Shown here: piece after piece, positions 1 through 10,221 of the stretch
Layout: every line of letters begins with the position of its first letter
How positions within the stretch are numbered: the first letter of the stretch is position 1
From: Chthonomonadia bacterium
Lineage (GTDB): Bacteria; Armatimonadota; HRBIN16
Assembly (NCBI GenBank): GCA_013314755.1
Contig: JABUFA010000018.1
Location: 1,472-65,471, forward strand
Direction of reading: 5' to 3'
Length of the DNA stretch: 64,000 bases
The notes under the pieces: generated by a model
What the model was told of the DNA's origin: nothing
What the model saw: only the letters and a program-made list of their open reading frames with translations
Databases searched by the model: none
Translations under genes and position numbers: made by a program

Positions 1-571
1 TACGCACGATGCGTCCGTTGGCGTCGCGTTTGGTGAGCTTTCGGGCGTACTCCAGCAGTTCAGATAGCGTTTTGGGAGGTCGCTCAGGGTCTAATCCGGC
101 ATCCCGAAAGGCTTCCTTGTTCCACAACAGCGCGAAGCAGTCCATCAGATAAATCATCGCGTACAGCTTGCCGTTGTATCTGCATTGCGAAAGCGAGCCG
201 GGCGCGTAGTCCGACTCTTTCAGTCCCGACTGCCTGAAGTATTCATCCAGCGGAAGCAGGGCACCGTTTCCCGCCAGCGAACCCAGATAGCCCGGGTCGC
301 GCAGGGTGAATATCTCAGGTGGGTCGTTCGCCACGATAGCGCGGATGATTTTGGTGTCCTCGACAGCCGCTAGGTTGTGTACCTGAATGTGTGGATGGGT
401 GCGGTTGAACTCGTCTACCACCACCTGAAAAGCCTCCGCTTCGTCACCGCCCCACATCGTCCACGCCCGCAGGTGTACAACGCCGGGGTCCTCCTGCCTG
501 CGCTGACATGCAGGTAGCAGTAACAGCAGGGTTCCCAAAAGGACGAGTATGTTTATTCTGTTGATGCGCAT
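1..571 (-). CDS. ABC transporter substrate-binding lipoprotein (solute-binding family 1), 5' part only; gene continues past the window start
   Basis: Minus-strand ATG at 569-571 gives MRINRINILVLLGTLLLLLPACQRRQ, a lipoprotein signal with an L-P-A-C lipobox, followed by an SBP-like sequence. The ORF runs off the window edge. Confidence 0.6.
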   Translation of the reverse strand, partial: MRINRINILVLLGTLLLLLPACQRRQEDPGVVHLRAWTMWGGDEAEAFQVVVDEFNRTHPHIQVHNLAAVEDTKIIRAIVANDPPEIFTLRDPGYLGSLAGNGALLPLDEYFRQSGLKESDYAPGSLSQCRYNGKLYAMIYLMDCFALLWNKEAFRDAGLDPERPPKTLSELLEYARKLTKRDANGRIVR

Positions 572-619
572 AATCACGGCAAACTTTCGATAACCTCTCT
601 CCTGCGTATCCCGTGTCGT

Positions 620-1147
620 CTACCGCCCGCTCTGGCCGCTGGGAACTGGCGTGGTGTCACGCTCCGTTTCTTGCCAGCGCCCGCCTGTGCTCAACACCTG
701 CCCGTTCTTCAGCACGATGATGGGCACAGACTGATTCATCATCTTATGATGGTCGCACTGCAGTAATGGTGCTGTTTCCGGGCTATCCTTTGTCGGCTTG
801 AAGTAGCGATAGCTCACCGGCTTATCGGTCAGGTCGGCAGGGCATTTCAGCTTTCCAGCCTCCGCCAGATAGCGCGGCGCCAGCTCGTTCAAGCCTTTGG
901 GATATTGTCCGCTGTTGCGCTGGCGGTAGCGTTCTATCGCCTGATATACGTCCAGCATGTTTTGCTGGCACTGCGCCATCTGCACTCCTGCCGACATCGC
1001 CTGTTTGAACTCCGGGCGACGGGCAACGTAGATGAACAGTATCGCCAGCCCTGCTATCACAAGAGCCACCGCCCCCAGACAGGACAGCAAGCCAACCGTC
1101 CAGCAGCTCCAGCCACCGCGACGGGCAGGTATCTCGGGTGGTACCAT
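620..1147 (-). CDS. hypothetical membrane-anchored protein (single N-terminal TM)
   Basis: 175-aa ORF with hydrophobic segment WSCWTVGLLSCLGAVALVIAGLAILFIYV and a GGTGAGGG SD-like element upstream. No recognisable domain. Confidence 0.4.
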   Translation of the reverse strand: MVPPEIPARRGGWSCWTVGLLSCLGAVALVIAGLAILFIYVARRPEFKQAMSAGVQMAQCQQNMLDVYQAIERYRQRNSGQYPKGLNELAPRYLAEAGKLKCPADLTDKPVSYRYFKPTKDSPETAPLLQCDHHKMMNQSVPIIVLKNGQVLSTGGRWQETERDTTPVPSGQSGR

Positions 1148-1160
1148 GGCAATCCCTCAC

Positions 1161-2234
1161 CTATCCGATTGGCGTCCAGTTAATGCCGGCGTGAACTTTC
1201 AGCGTGAACTCCGCCAGCAGGCGTACCGTGTTCTCGAGGTCACCCAGATGCAGAATCTCACAGGGAGCGTGCATATAGCGTATCGGCACCGACACCAGAC
1301 CGGTTGCCACTCCAGAGCGCGCCAGCTGGATGACATCGTTGTCCGTTCCGGTGCCTCCGCCGGCAACCTCTATCTGGTAGGGAATCTCTTTCTCCACCGC
1401 CGTGTCCACCAGCATCTCGAAGACCAGCGGATTAACATGTGAGCCGCGGCAGATGACCGCGCCTTTTCCAATCACGTGGTCACCGTGTTTTTTCTTGTCC
1501 ACGCCCGGATGGTCGGTGCTGTGCCCGACGTCTACTGTCACCGCAACCTGTGGGGCTATCTCGTGGGCGATGGTGCGTGCTCCACGCAGTCCGACCTCTT
1601 CCTGCACTGTGGACACCGCGTACACCGCCGCCTTCAGCTCGGAACGTCGCTCGCTCAGCAGGCGCAATGCCTCTGCCACCACAAAACAGCCCATTTTGTT
1701 GTCAAAGCCCCTCGCGGTGACCAGCTCGCCACGCAGGGGCTGAAAGTCGTACACATAGGTCACTGGGTCGCCGAGGCGCACCTGCTCCTCCGCCTCCTTC
1801 TTGCTGGAAGCGCCGATGTCGATCCACAGGTCGCTCAACTCGGGCTTCTTGCGCCGCTCTTCCTCGCTCAGCATGTGTATCGCCTTGCGCCCAATAACGC
1901 CGAGCACCGGTCCGTGCTTCGTGTGGATGTACACCCGCTGCCCTACTGGCACAATGGAATCGTGTCCGCCAACGGGTCTGAAGTAAAGGAACCCTTCGTC
2001 GCTGATGTAGTGCACCACGAAGCCGATTTCATCCACATGCCCCGAAAGCATCACACGGGGATAGCCATCGGGGTTGATGACGGCATAGCTGTTTCCAAGC
2101 ACATCGGTGTGCACTTCGTCAGCAAACTGGGCGGTGTACTCGCGAAAGACCGCCTGCGCCCTGTATTCATACCCGGAAGGGCTGGGAGTATTTACAATGT
2201 TCTTCAGAAACTCGTACGATTGCTCTCTCATCAT
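1161..2234 (-). CDS. M42 family metallopeptidase (glutamyl aminopeptidase / FrvX-CelM-like)
   Basis: 357 aa. Motifs HVDEIGF, the D/E metal-ligand pattern, GGGTGTD and the overall M42/FrvX architecture. Confidence 0.85.
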   Translation of the reverse strand: MMREQSYEFLKNIVNTPSPSGYEYRAQAVFREYTAQFADEVHTDVLGNSYAVINPDGYPRVMLSGHVDEIGFVVHYISDEGFLYFRPVGGHDSIVPVGQRVYIHTKHGPVLGVIGRKAIHMLSEEERRKKPELSDLWIDIGASSKKEAEEQVRLGDPVTYVYDFQPLRGELVTARGFDNKMGCFVVAEALRLLSERRSELKAAVYAVSTVQEEVGLRGARTIAHEIAPQVAVTVDVGHSTDHPGVDKKKHGDHVIGKGAVICRGSHVNPLVFEMLVDTAVEKEIPYQIEVAGGGTGTDNDVIQLARSGVATGLVSVPIRYMHAPCEILHLGDLENTVRLLAEFTLKVHAGINWTPIG

Positions 2235-2461
2235 CCTGCGCTACTTCCCCCTGCAATGGATACCATTTTGTTCCATGCACACCGTCAGTTTTCCTGCAAT
2301 ACTGAGCCTCCGATGCATCGCCCGCTACAGTTCGACACCCTTTCCCTTCCCGTTCCCGCCGATGTGATTGTGTACACGTTGGACGAATGGCAAAAAATAG
2401 ACCCCTCCAGCCGTTTCGGGAAGATGATGCAAAACGAAGTGAAATGGGTTTTTCAGCGCAG

Positions 2462-4156
2462 TCAATGACCCTGACTTCGACGGCTCAATGCCTCGCGTAC
2501 CTTCTGCCAGCGTACGTCCATCTCCTCGTTGTAAATATACGGCTCCCAGCCCAGTGAAAGATAAGTGGCGATTGCCGGCAGTCGCCAGTCGTCGGTGAGC
2601 AGATAGATGCGCTGATAGCCCCGCTGAACCAGCAGTCGCACCACAGCATATACTACCACCTTGCCCAATCCCTTGCCCTGATGAGCGGGGTCTGCTGCCA
2701 CCCAGTCCAGCACACCCGCGTTGGGATGCTGTTCGTTGGGCGAGTGGTTCGCCATCGCCGTCGCGACCAGGTCGCCGGTTGAAACGTGCTCCACCACGAA
2801 GAAACCGCCCGGCAGAACGTTTCGCATGAACCGCTGGACATCCGCCACCGTCCATCCCTCCGCAAAGCCCACTTTCCGCATCAGTGCCAGGTACTTCTCC
2901 TCCTCGCCGGGGCGGATGTTGCGCAGGCGGTAACCCTCCGGCAATGGCGGTTCGGGCACGGAGGTGAAGCGGTGCGGCGGGTAAATCATCTGCAGTTGCG
3001 GCTTGGGCTCTGCCTCCGTTCCCCATATCCTCGAGTCGGGCACGTCAACCCAGCGTCCACCCTGCGCAATGGAAATCTGGCTCATCAAACCCGGCAGGGT
3101 CATATCCAGCGCATAATGCACGTCCACTCGCGGGGAACATTCGCCGCGCACCGCCCGTACGAAATCCATCAGCACGAAGTAGTCGCCGCCGCCGTGACCT
3201 GTTCGACGTGCCTGCTCTTCCTGCTGTTTCCACTCGGCAGGCAAGAACTGCTCTTCCAGCTCGTGCAGGGGTAGCCAGGTGTTCATATCGGGGCACAATT
3301 GACGGAGCCACACGCGGTCGTGCTCTCCATGCGCCCGCGCCGATTCATAACAGCCATCCGTACCCTGCAGCTGGTAGACGTTCATGGCGTGCGGGCGGTC
3401 GGAGAGCATATCCAGACGCAGTTTCACCAGCCCGCCCGAGCGCATTTTGCAGAGGGTGATGGTAGTATCTTCGTTCTCGTAGAGTTCGCCTCGCGCATCC
3501 CGATAGTGATGACCGCTTCCGGCACAGCATACTGCCACCACCCGGTCTCCGGGCATCCATTCCAGCACAGGACCGATACTGTGCGTGGGGTAGGTGTTGC
3601 CGTTGATGCCCGTCTGCCACCGGCGTCGCCACGGGGTCAGCTCGTTGAGCTCCTTAAGCTCGTGGATGTATTCGCCCTCCGCGTAATATGTTGTGCCGAA
3701 CAGCCCCTGCCGAACCAGCTCCTTCACCAGCACAATCGGTTTGGCGTAAATATAATTTTCAGCCATCATATACACCGCTTTGCTTTGCGCAACCGCCTGT
3801 ACCAGTTCTCGGCACTCCTCCACCGAGACGGCGGCGGGCACTTCGCTCAGCACATGAATGTTGCGCTTCAGCGCGGAAACCGACTGGGGCGCGTGCATAG
3901 GCATCGGCGTAGCGACGATAACCGCGTCCACCTCGTCGCTGTCCAGCATCTGCTCGTAGTCGGTAAACAACCGCTTCGCGCCTAACATTTCTGCCACACG
4001 CTGGGCACGGGCAGAATCAACATCACATACCGCTACTATGCTAACACCGGGAATGGCGTCGCAGGCGGTCTTAAAGCTCGCGCCACGCCCTCCCGCGCCG
4101 ACAATGCCCAGCCGCACCGTTTGAGGTGTCATGGCAACCTCCTTTGCAAGATACAT
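2462..4156 (-). CDS. Gfo/Idh/MocA-family NAD(P)-dependent oxidoreductase fused to a C-terminal GNAT N-acetyltransferase domain
   Basis: N-terminal Rossmann motif VRLGIVGAGGRGASF plus a Gfo/Idh/MocA C-domain (about 380 aa). The C-terminal roughly 170 aa carry GNAT motif A (HQGKGLGKVVVYAVV). One uninterrupted 564-aa ORF. Confidence 0.75.
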   Translation of the reverse strand: MYLAKEVAMTPQTVRLGIVGAGGRGASFKTACDAIPGVSIVAVCDVDSARAQRVAEMLGAKRLFTDYEQMLDSDEVDAVIVATPMPMHAPQSVSALKRNIHVLSEVPAAVSVEECRELVQAVAQSKAVYMMAENYIYAKPIVLVKELVRQGLFGTTYYAEGEYIHELKELNELTPWRRRWQTGINGNTYPTHSIGPVLEWMPGDRVVAVCCAGSGHHYRDARGELYENEDTTITLCKMRSGGLVKLRLDMLSDRPHAMNVYQLQGTDGCYESARAHGEHDRVWLRQLCPDMNTWLPLHELEEQFLPAEWKQQEEQARRTGHGGGDYFVLMDFVRAVRGECSPRVDVHYALDMTLPGLMSQISIAQGGRWVDVPDSRIWGTEAEPKPQLQMIYPPHRFTSVPEPPLPEGYRLRNIRPGEEEKYLALMRKVGFAEGWTVADVQRFMRNVLPGGFFVVEHVSTGDLVATAMANHSPNEQHPNAGVLDWVAADPAHQGKGLGKVVVYAVVRLLVQRGYQRIYLLTDDWRLPAIATYLSLGWEPYIYNEEMDVRWQKVREALSRRSQGH

Positions 4157-4245
4157 CCCGACAAGCGATTCCCCACCTACCGACCCACTTCCTGCGCTGG
4201 AAGCGCCTGCAAATGCCCGGGAAACAGGGTATAATACTTAGTGAT

Positions 4246-5271
4246 ATGAAACAAATGCGCATCGGCTTTTTTGAGGTAGACTCCTGGCAGGCGGAGTACC
4301 TGAGCCAGGGTATGCAGAAGCTGGGCATCGCGTCGCAGCTTCAGGCAGACTTCCTGCAGAGACATCTGCAGGTTGAAGGCTGTGAGGCGTGTGCCTACTA
4401 TGAAGCCATTGCCGTCTTCATCGGCACAAAGGTCACCGCGGCTACCCTGGACGCCCTGCCTCAGCTTCGTCTCATCCTTACCATGTCCACAGGTTATGAC
4501 CACATTGACCTGGATGCCTGCCGCCAGCGGGGGATAACCGTTTGTAACGTGCCCCATTACGGTGAGAACACGGTCGCCGAGCATACCTTCGCGCTGATTC
4601 TCTCGCTGTCGCGCAAACTGCACGCTGCCTATTTTCAGGGCTTGCGCGGCGAATACGACCTGCGCGCTCTTCGCGGCTTTGACCTCTACGGCAAGACGCT
4701 GGGAGTGATTGGCGCTGGGAGCATCGGACTGCACGTGATTCGCATCGCGCGAGGCTTCGGGATGCGTGTGCTGGCATACGACACACGTCCCCAGCGACTG
4801 CTTGCCGACGTGCTCGGCTTCACCTACACCGATATGGACACTCTGCTTGCCGAGTCGGATATTGTCACCCTTCACGTGCCCGCAACGCCTGCCACTCACC
4901 ATCTCATCAATCGCGACACCCTGCGCAAGATGAAGCAGGGCGCCTTGCTCATCAACACGGCGCGGGGAGCGGTGGTGGATACGGAAGCACTGCTGTGGGC
5001 GCTGGAAGAGGGGATACTGGCGGGTGCTGGGCTGGACGTCATTGAAGGCGAGGAGCTGATTACGGAAGAGAGCGCACTGCTGAAAAAGCCCCTCGCGGAG
5101 GCGACGCTCAGACAAGTGGTGCAGGCGCATCTCCTGCTGAGGCGCGAGAACGTGGTGTTTACCCCGCACATCGCTTTCAACAGCCAGGAGGCGGTAGAGC
5201 GCATTCTGGACACCACGCTGGAAAACCTGCAAGCGTTCCTGAAAGGCGCGCCTATCAACGTCGTTTCCTGA
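4246..5271 (+). CDS. D-isomer-specific 2-hydroxyacid dehydrogenase (D-lactate/glycerate dehydrogenase-like)
   Basis: NAD-binding GVIGAGSIGLHV and a catalytic R/E/H triad region (TARGAVVDTEAL...FTPHIA). Start moved to MKQMRIGFF at 4246, because the ORF-track start at 4126 adds a non-conserved extension. Confidence 0.8.
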   Translation: MKQMRIGFFEVDSWQAEYLSQGMQKLGIASQLQADFLQRHLQVEGCEACAYYEAIAVFIGTKVTAATLDALPQLRLILTMSTGYDHIDLDACRQRGITVCNVPHYGENTVAEHTFALILSLSRKLHAAYFQGLRGEYDLRALRGFDLYGKTLGVIGAGSIGLHVIRIARGFGMRVLAYDTRPQRLLADVLGFTYTDMDTLLAESDIVTLHVPATPATHHLINRDTLRKMKQGALLINTARGAVVDTEALLWALEEGILAGAGLDVIEGEELITEESALLKKPLAEATLRQVVQAHLLLRRENVVFTPHIAFNSQEAVERILDTTLENLQAFLKGAPINVVS

Positions 5272-5272
5272 C

Positions 5273-7234
5273 CTATGGCCAGGGGAACTCAGGAGCCAGA
5301 AGCCCTGTCGTGCTGGCAAGCACCGCCCACAACGCTGCACAACTGAACTCGCCCAGAATCATCCCCAGGAAGAACGGCATGGCGCGCAGATACAGGTTAT
5401 AGCCCCCATACCGCTGGATGAGCGACTTGGCTATCCAGGTGACCAGCACAGGAAACCATATCACATACATCGTCCACGACGGGCACAGCGCGTAGCCCAG
5501 CGGATGCAGAGGAAAGCCCACAAAGGTGTTGCGCAGGTAGTAGAGCAAACCGGTCACCGCAATGCCTACCGTGAACCACAGCGGCGACGGCGGGGTGAGT
5601 TTATCCGCACCGGTGAGCGCGTTGGAGGCGTCGGTAAACGCCCACGAGACGTTCGCGTTCGGGTAGCCATACAGGTTCACCCCCCCGCGCCCGTAGTGCA
5701 ACCACAGCTCGGTGGCCGCGGCGGCGAGGAAGCCGACCACAATCGCCACACCGAAAATCAGAGGCAATAGTGTCCGACGAAGCCCATGACGGGGAGCCAG
5801 CTGCTGGCTATCCAAGAATAGCGATAACAGCATCCCACGCAGGTCGCGGAAGAAGATGGCATCCAGAAAGGCGAGATGCGTCCAGCTGACGTTGCCCCAC
5901 AGCTGTTTCGCGCTGAAAATGCCCACGATGTCGCTCGGCTTGAAAGAGGTTTCGGTCATCAGAAAGCCTGCTTCCGCCACACTGCGCGCCATCACGGTGC
6001 AGGTCACAAAGATGAAAATGGCCCAAAGCGCTATCGCGAGCCACAGGCTGATGCCTGCCCACAAACACCACAGCAGAATGCCCACAAAGCCCGCAAGCAA
6101 GCCCCAGACCGCCCAACGACTGTTCAGCGCCTCGCCGGTGCTGGGCAGGTGCTCTTTCCCGAACGCGCTCTGCACCACCCGCTTGTAGTAGCCCCAGCCG
6201 CTGCGCACGAACACCGCCGCAATCACCACGTATGCCCCTGCCACCTGATAGCCGATGTAGTGTCGCGTGGGATACGACGGCATATTTTGCAACTCAATGC
6301 CATAAGACGCTGCCACCACATCCGCCAGCCGTGTGAGCGCGAAGAAAAACCACAGGCTGAACAGCAGGTCATTGGGCAGAAAGTACGCGAAGCCCATCGC
6401 CGCGAACGAAACGAAGATGCTGGTGCCGAACATCTGGTTCCACGGAGGCGAGGTGAACAGATTCTGCACATTCCAGAAAAGCAGGGGAATCTGGGGAAAG
6501 GTTGGCACGGCAAGATGGATACCGTTTATCAAAAACGGCACGAACGCCAGCGTAAATCCCATCCACGTCAGCGGCGAACGCAGGAACTGGCGTGCTAAAC
6601 TCTCATCCAGCAGGCGCGTGGGCAGGATGGTGTGGGGGAAGGTCAGCCGTTCGTGGTCTGCCCACTGTCTGCGCAGGATGGCGCCGATGCAAAAGAGACA
6701 CCACGCCAGCAGGAGATAAAGCAGGAACCACGCGGCAAGCGGGCGCATCCACTTCTGCCACGGCAGGCTACCTGAGCGCAAGCCTTCGTAGAACTCCACC
6801 GCCACTGGCTGTTTCAGCTCGCCTTTGGGATCAAACGCCACCAGCGCGGGATTGACGTAGGGGATAAACCGCTGGGCATACTGGTTCACGGCGTCCGCGT
6901 AGTAGTTCAGATAGACAGGAGCAGGCATCAGCTTTTCGGTGAAGCCGCGCGTGCTGACAAACACCGAAGCGAACAGCATCAGGTAAAGGATAAGCAGGTC
7001 GGCGGGAGTCATCCAGCGCAGTTTGCCGAAAGCCCTCAGCAGGCGTACCACACCGTACACCAGAAGAAAGGAACCTACGGCGCCCGGCGCAAACTGCAGG
7101 ACGCCCAGCTGCATCCCCTTGACCACCATGTCCGAGTAGGTTGTCACGTAGGCAACACAAGCGGAAAGCACCGCACCCAGCAGAATGGTGCGAACGTGGA
7201 CACCCTTTGGCTCATGGTCTGGCGGCAGCGCCAT
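5273..7234 (-). CDS. large polytopic integral membrane protein (at least 12 predicted TM helices), function unknown
   Basis: 653-aa ORF dominated by hydrophobic helices. Converges on the preceding gene with a 1-nt gap. Confidence 0.55.
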   Translation of the reverse strand: MALPPDHEPKGVHVRTILLGAVLSACVAYVTTYSDMVVKGMQLGVLQFAPGAVGSFLLVYGVVRLLRAFGKLRWMTPADLLILYLMLFASVFVSTRGFTEKLMPAPVYLNYYADAVNQYAQRFIPYVNPALVAFDPKGELKQPVAVEFYEGLRSGSLPWQKWMRPLAAWFLLYLLLAWCLFCIGAILRRQWADHERLTFPHTILPTRLLDESLARQFLRSPLTWMGFTLAFVPFLINGIHLAVPTFPQIPLLFWNVQNLFTSPPWNQMFGTSIFVSFAAMGFAYFLPNDLLFSLWFFFALTRLADVVAASYGIELQNMPSYPTRHYIGYQVAGAYVVIAAVFVRSGWGYYKRVVQSAFGKEHLPSTGEALNSRWAVWGLLAGFVGILLWCLWAGISLWLAIALWAIFIFVTCTVMARSVAEAGFLMTETSFKPSDIVGIFSAKQLWGNVSWTHLAFLDAIFFRDLRGMLLSLFLDSQQLAPRHGLRRTLLPLIFGVAIVVGFLAAAATELWLHYGRGGVNLYGYPNANVSWAFTDASNALTGADKLTPPSPLWFTVGIAVTGLLYYLRNTFVGFPLHPLGYALCPSWTMYVIWFPVLVTWIAKSLIQRYGGYNLYLRAMPFFLGMILGEFSCAALWAVLASTTGLLAPEFPWP

Positions 7235-7315
7235 ACGGTCTCCTTTGGTCAGACGTTCAGGTTGCTACAATACACTTCCGCACACAGAGCAAAAACTCCT
7301 CGCGGCGTTCCCCGC

Positions 7316-10057
7316 TTACCGAACAGGCAGTTCCACCTTCTCGCGCACGTCCTCACTGCGGAACAGGCTTCGGGAGCCAATCTTCACCTCCTGCACACGC
7401 ACGCCGAATAGCGTCCGCGGTTGCCAGCGGTTACGCTCCCGCGCGTAGCCTATCCCCACGCCGTGCGCTTTGAGGAACACCCGGCTCCCATCAGGCAGGA
7501 GGACCTCATGCGACGCCGGCGCGCCGTGCAAGGATGCAGGAGCACCTGTAAACAGAAGCCATGCCCGATCGCCTGCCTCTACCCATACGGCGCGCACGTG
7601 TGGGGAAGCAGGACTGACCGCAAGAGGAACGGTTTCCACTTCTGGCGGCTTCTGTCCCCGATAGGGCAGTAGGAGAGTAACGAAAGTTTGGGGGAGTTCG
7701 CCCTTTCGCGCGAAGCGTGCTACCGGAACCTTCGCCAGCTTGCCGCCATCCAGCGCGGCGATACTCTCCGTCAGCGTCAGATTGACCCCATTCGGCTCCA
7801 CCGCCCTGATGCTCAGGTTGCCCCCATCACCCGATGTCCACACGGTTTTGCCCGCCTCGTTCACCTGCACCTGCACGGGGGCAAAGCGAAACCAGACCTG
7901 CGCTTCGTGCGAACCGGTGCCAGACAGCTGGTCCACCACCAGCCAGAATCCACCGAACTCCCCCTGCGGTTTCAGAAACCATATCTGCCGGTGATGGCGC
8001 ACGTCGGGAAGCCCTGCGTACCCTTCGTTGTGTCCGGCGAAGAAGTCCCACTGCGAAGCGGTTACCCACAGGTCGGGGATGCCACCTGATAGCGTCCTGC
8101 GTTCGTCCACTGTGACCGTATTGTGAGATCTGGTGTCAGACAGCTCCTGCGCTTCCGGCGTGCCGTAGATGTACACACCGGGGTCTATCAGCAACAGCCT
8201 GCCGAACGGGGCGACGATGACGCTCAACTGGTCCCAATGCCCGTGACTGCCGTGAGGTCCACAGCGGATGCCCATGTAGTGCGAATCCCTGCGCCACGAG
8301 TCCCGCATGTAAAAGAAGCCGCCGTGTGGAAAGCCAAAGGAGGTATGCGCGGGCGGTTTGCCCTCTTTGCCTCCCGTTCCCACGAAACGGAAGTCCTCTC
8401 GTCTAAACACCTCTGCGGCGCGAACGAGCATATCAGGATGCATTGGCGGGTTGCCGTCGCCCCAGATGGGCAAAGTACCATCGGGCAGGGTGGAATACAT
8501 CACGTATTCGTGCATCTTTTCGGTGAGAGCCTTCAACTCGGGCGGCAGGCTGATGCCCAGATCGCGAGACTGCGTGATAAGGTTCAGATAGCGTCCCATC
8601 ACCAGCAGGTGATAGCCGGTGGTCGGCTCCTGCAGGACGCCGTCTGGGCGCACGGTGGATAGGGCGTTTTCTATCAGCCGCTGTGCGCCTCGCTGGATCC
8701 ATCCGCTGGCTATCTTAAACTCAGGATAGATGGTGCCGAACTCCAGCAGAGTATCCGCTATCTGCGTCTCCCAGTTACCGCCCGCTTCCATTCGGTCAAT
8801 CACTTCCGCCATTTCTCCCAGGTTGATGATGAACGCCGCACGAATGTCCAGCGGGAAGAAAGGCGACGATACGAACCTGCCGTAGTAGGCAAAGCCGTGC
8901 CCCATGCGCGCGCCAATTGCCAGCGCAGACCACATAGAGCCTCCTGAGATACCGGCAGGCGGGGCAGGGGGTATCTTGCTTTCGCGCGTCCACACACCTG
9001 CCTGAAGGGGAGATGGACAATGGCGGAACAGGTGGTAAAGCATATCGCTGAAGGCGCGGGCGTACTTTTCATTGCCGGTGTTGCTGTAGGCGGCAGCGAG
9101 GATTTTGCGCAAGCCCGACCGGGTTAATCCCACGCCACCGCGTTCGGGCCAGAGGGTATAGTGGTTCCAGAACGGTCCGAGGTCTACTGTCATACCGTCG
9201 GGCAAAAGCACCTTCGCCTCGCTGGCAAGGTCGGCTTCACGGGTGTCAAAATCGGGGTTGAACCTTGGCTGGCGGGCGTCGGGTGGGATCAGGTCTTCAC
9301 GGCTTTCAAAGTGCGCCACCAGGCGACGCACTGCCTCTTCCCAGTCCCGCCTCTGTACCGCCTCTCGCACGCCCTGCAAAGGCGGATAGTCCAGATTAAA
9401 ATAGCCAAAAGCCCGCTCGTACAGCTGGTCGCGCTCCACGCGGTGGATTTCATGTATCTCAAACCACAGGTCGTAATCCTGCGCCTCTCCGCCGGCGTAT
9501 GCGCTTCCGCCGGCGTAATCCCCCGACGCGGTGCCAACTCCTGCGATGACGCCATCGCCTCCCGCAAAGCCGGGGCGCTGTCCGCTCAATGACCACTCGC
9601 GGGGAATGACTGCTGGGCGCAAAGGCTCCACCTCTACCGTGAGTTCAAAGTAGTAGCTGCGATTAGGTTCCACCTTTGCTTCTAAGGTGAACATCGGCAC
9701 GGCGCCTTCCCACATCCGGCGGCTGTAGGGAATGGCACAGCGAGCATAAGCCACTTTTTTCTGTGGACTGTCCCACAGCGTCATGACCAGCGACTCATCG
9801 GGCTGCCACGTCTCATGCCAGAACGCCTGCCATATCGCGATTCGGAAAACCTCTTGTGCGGAACCGCTGGTCATGAAGGTTTGCCCAACCGGTTTGCCTG
9901 GTTGAACAGTGGCGAAGCGTGCATCGTCGCGTTGTGCTGTGTGCGCCCCCAGCTTGGCGCTGTTCAGAATCTGTTCAAGCAGGGGCAGGTCCGCAAAGGC
10001 GGGGGCACTTGCCAGCAGGCAGAAGAAGAGCAGAAGGCTAACCGTCCACCGCATCAT
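7316..10057 (-). CDS. secreted heparinase II/III-family polysaccharide lyase (alginate-lyase-like N-domain + Hepar_II_III C-domain)
   Basis: Signal peptide MMRWTVSLLLFFCLLASAPAFA. Motif GPHGSHGHWDQLSVIV matches the conserved H-x-H-x-D-Q-LS of heparinase II/III. 913 aa. Confidence 0.75.
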   Translation of the reverse strand: MMRWTVSLLLFFCLLASAPAFADLPLLEQILNSAKLGAHTAQRDDARFATVQPGKPVGQTFMTSGSAQEVFRIAIWQAFWHETWQPDESLVMTLWDSPQKKVAYARCAIPYSRRMWEGAVPMFTLEAKVEPNRSYYFELTVEVEPLRPAVIPREWSLSGQRPGFAGGDGVIAGVGTASGDYAGGSAYAGGEAQDYDLWFEIHEIHRVERDQLYERAFGYFNLDYPPLQGVREAVQRRDWEEAVRRLVAHFESREDLIPPDARQPRFNPDFDTREADLASEAKVLLPDGMTVDLGPFWNHYTLWPERGGVGLTRSGLRKILAAAYSNTGNEKYARAFSDMLYHLFRHCPSPLQAGVWTRESKIPPAPPAGISGGSMWSALAIGARMGHGFAYYGRFVSSPFFPLDIRAAFIINLGEMAEVIDRMEAGGNWETQIADTLLEFGTIYPEFKIASGWIQRGAQRLIENALSTVRPDGVLQEPTTGYHLLVMGRYLNLITQSRDLGISLPPELKALTEKMHEYVMYSTLPDGTLPIWGDGNPPMHPDMLVRAAEVFRREDFRFVGTGGKEGKPPAHTSFGFPHGGFFYMRDSWRRDSHYMGIRCGPHGSHGHWDQLSVIVAPFGRLLLIDPGVYIYGTPEAQELSDTRSHNTVTVDERRTLSGGIPDLWVTASQWDFFAGHNEGYAGLPDVRHHRQIWFLKPQGEFGGFWLVVDQLSGTGSHEAQVWFRFAPVQVQVNEAGKTVWTSGDGGNLSIRAVEPNGVNLTLTESIAALDGGKLAKVPVARFARKGELPQTFVTLLLPYRGQKPPEVETVPLAVSPASPHVRAVWVEAGDRAWLLFTGAPASLHGAPASHEVLLPDGSRVFLKAHGVGIGYARERNRWQPRTLFGVRVQEVKIGSRSLFRSEDVREKVELPVR

Positions 10058-10165
10058 CTCTCATCCTCACAGAATTAGTCCACTCCCCACGAAGGTGTGA
10101 ACTCATTATCCGATATGCGTGTGTCTGTTGTCAATCTGTGGCTGAGCCGTCTGGCTGGATGGTAA

Positions 10166-10208
10166 CAGAAAAACAAGGCTCATCCTCCCTGTTGAGGGAA
10201 GATGAGCC
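10166..10208 (-). terminator. rho-independent terminator downstream of the GH5 gene
   Basis: Inverted repeat GGCTCATCCTCCCT / AGGGAAGATGAGCC (13 of 14 bp) with a 4-nt loop. On the minus transcript it is followed by a UUGUUUUUCUG run. It sits between the GH5 stop (10222) and the heparinase start (10057). Confidence 0.55.
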
Positions 10209-10221
10209 GTTGCGGGACAGA

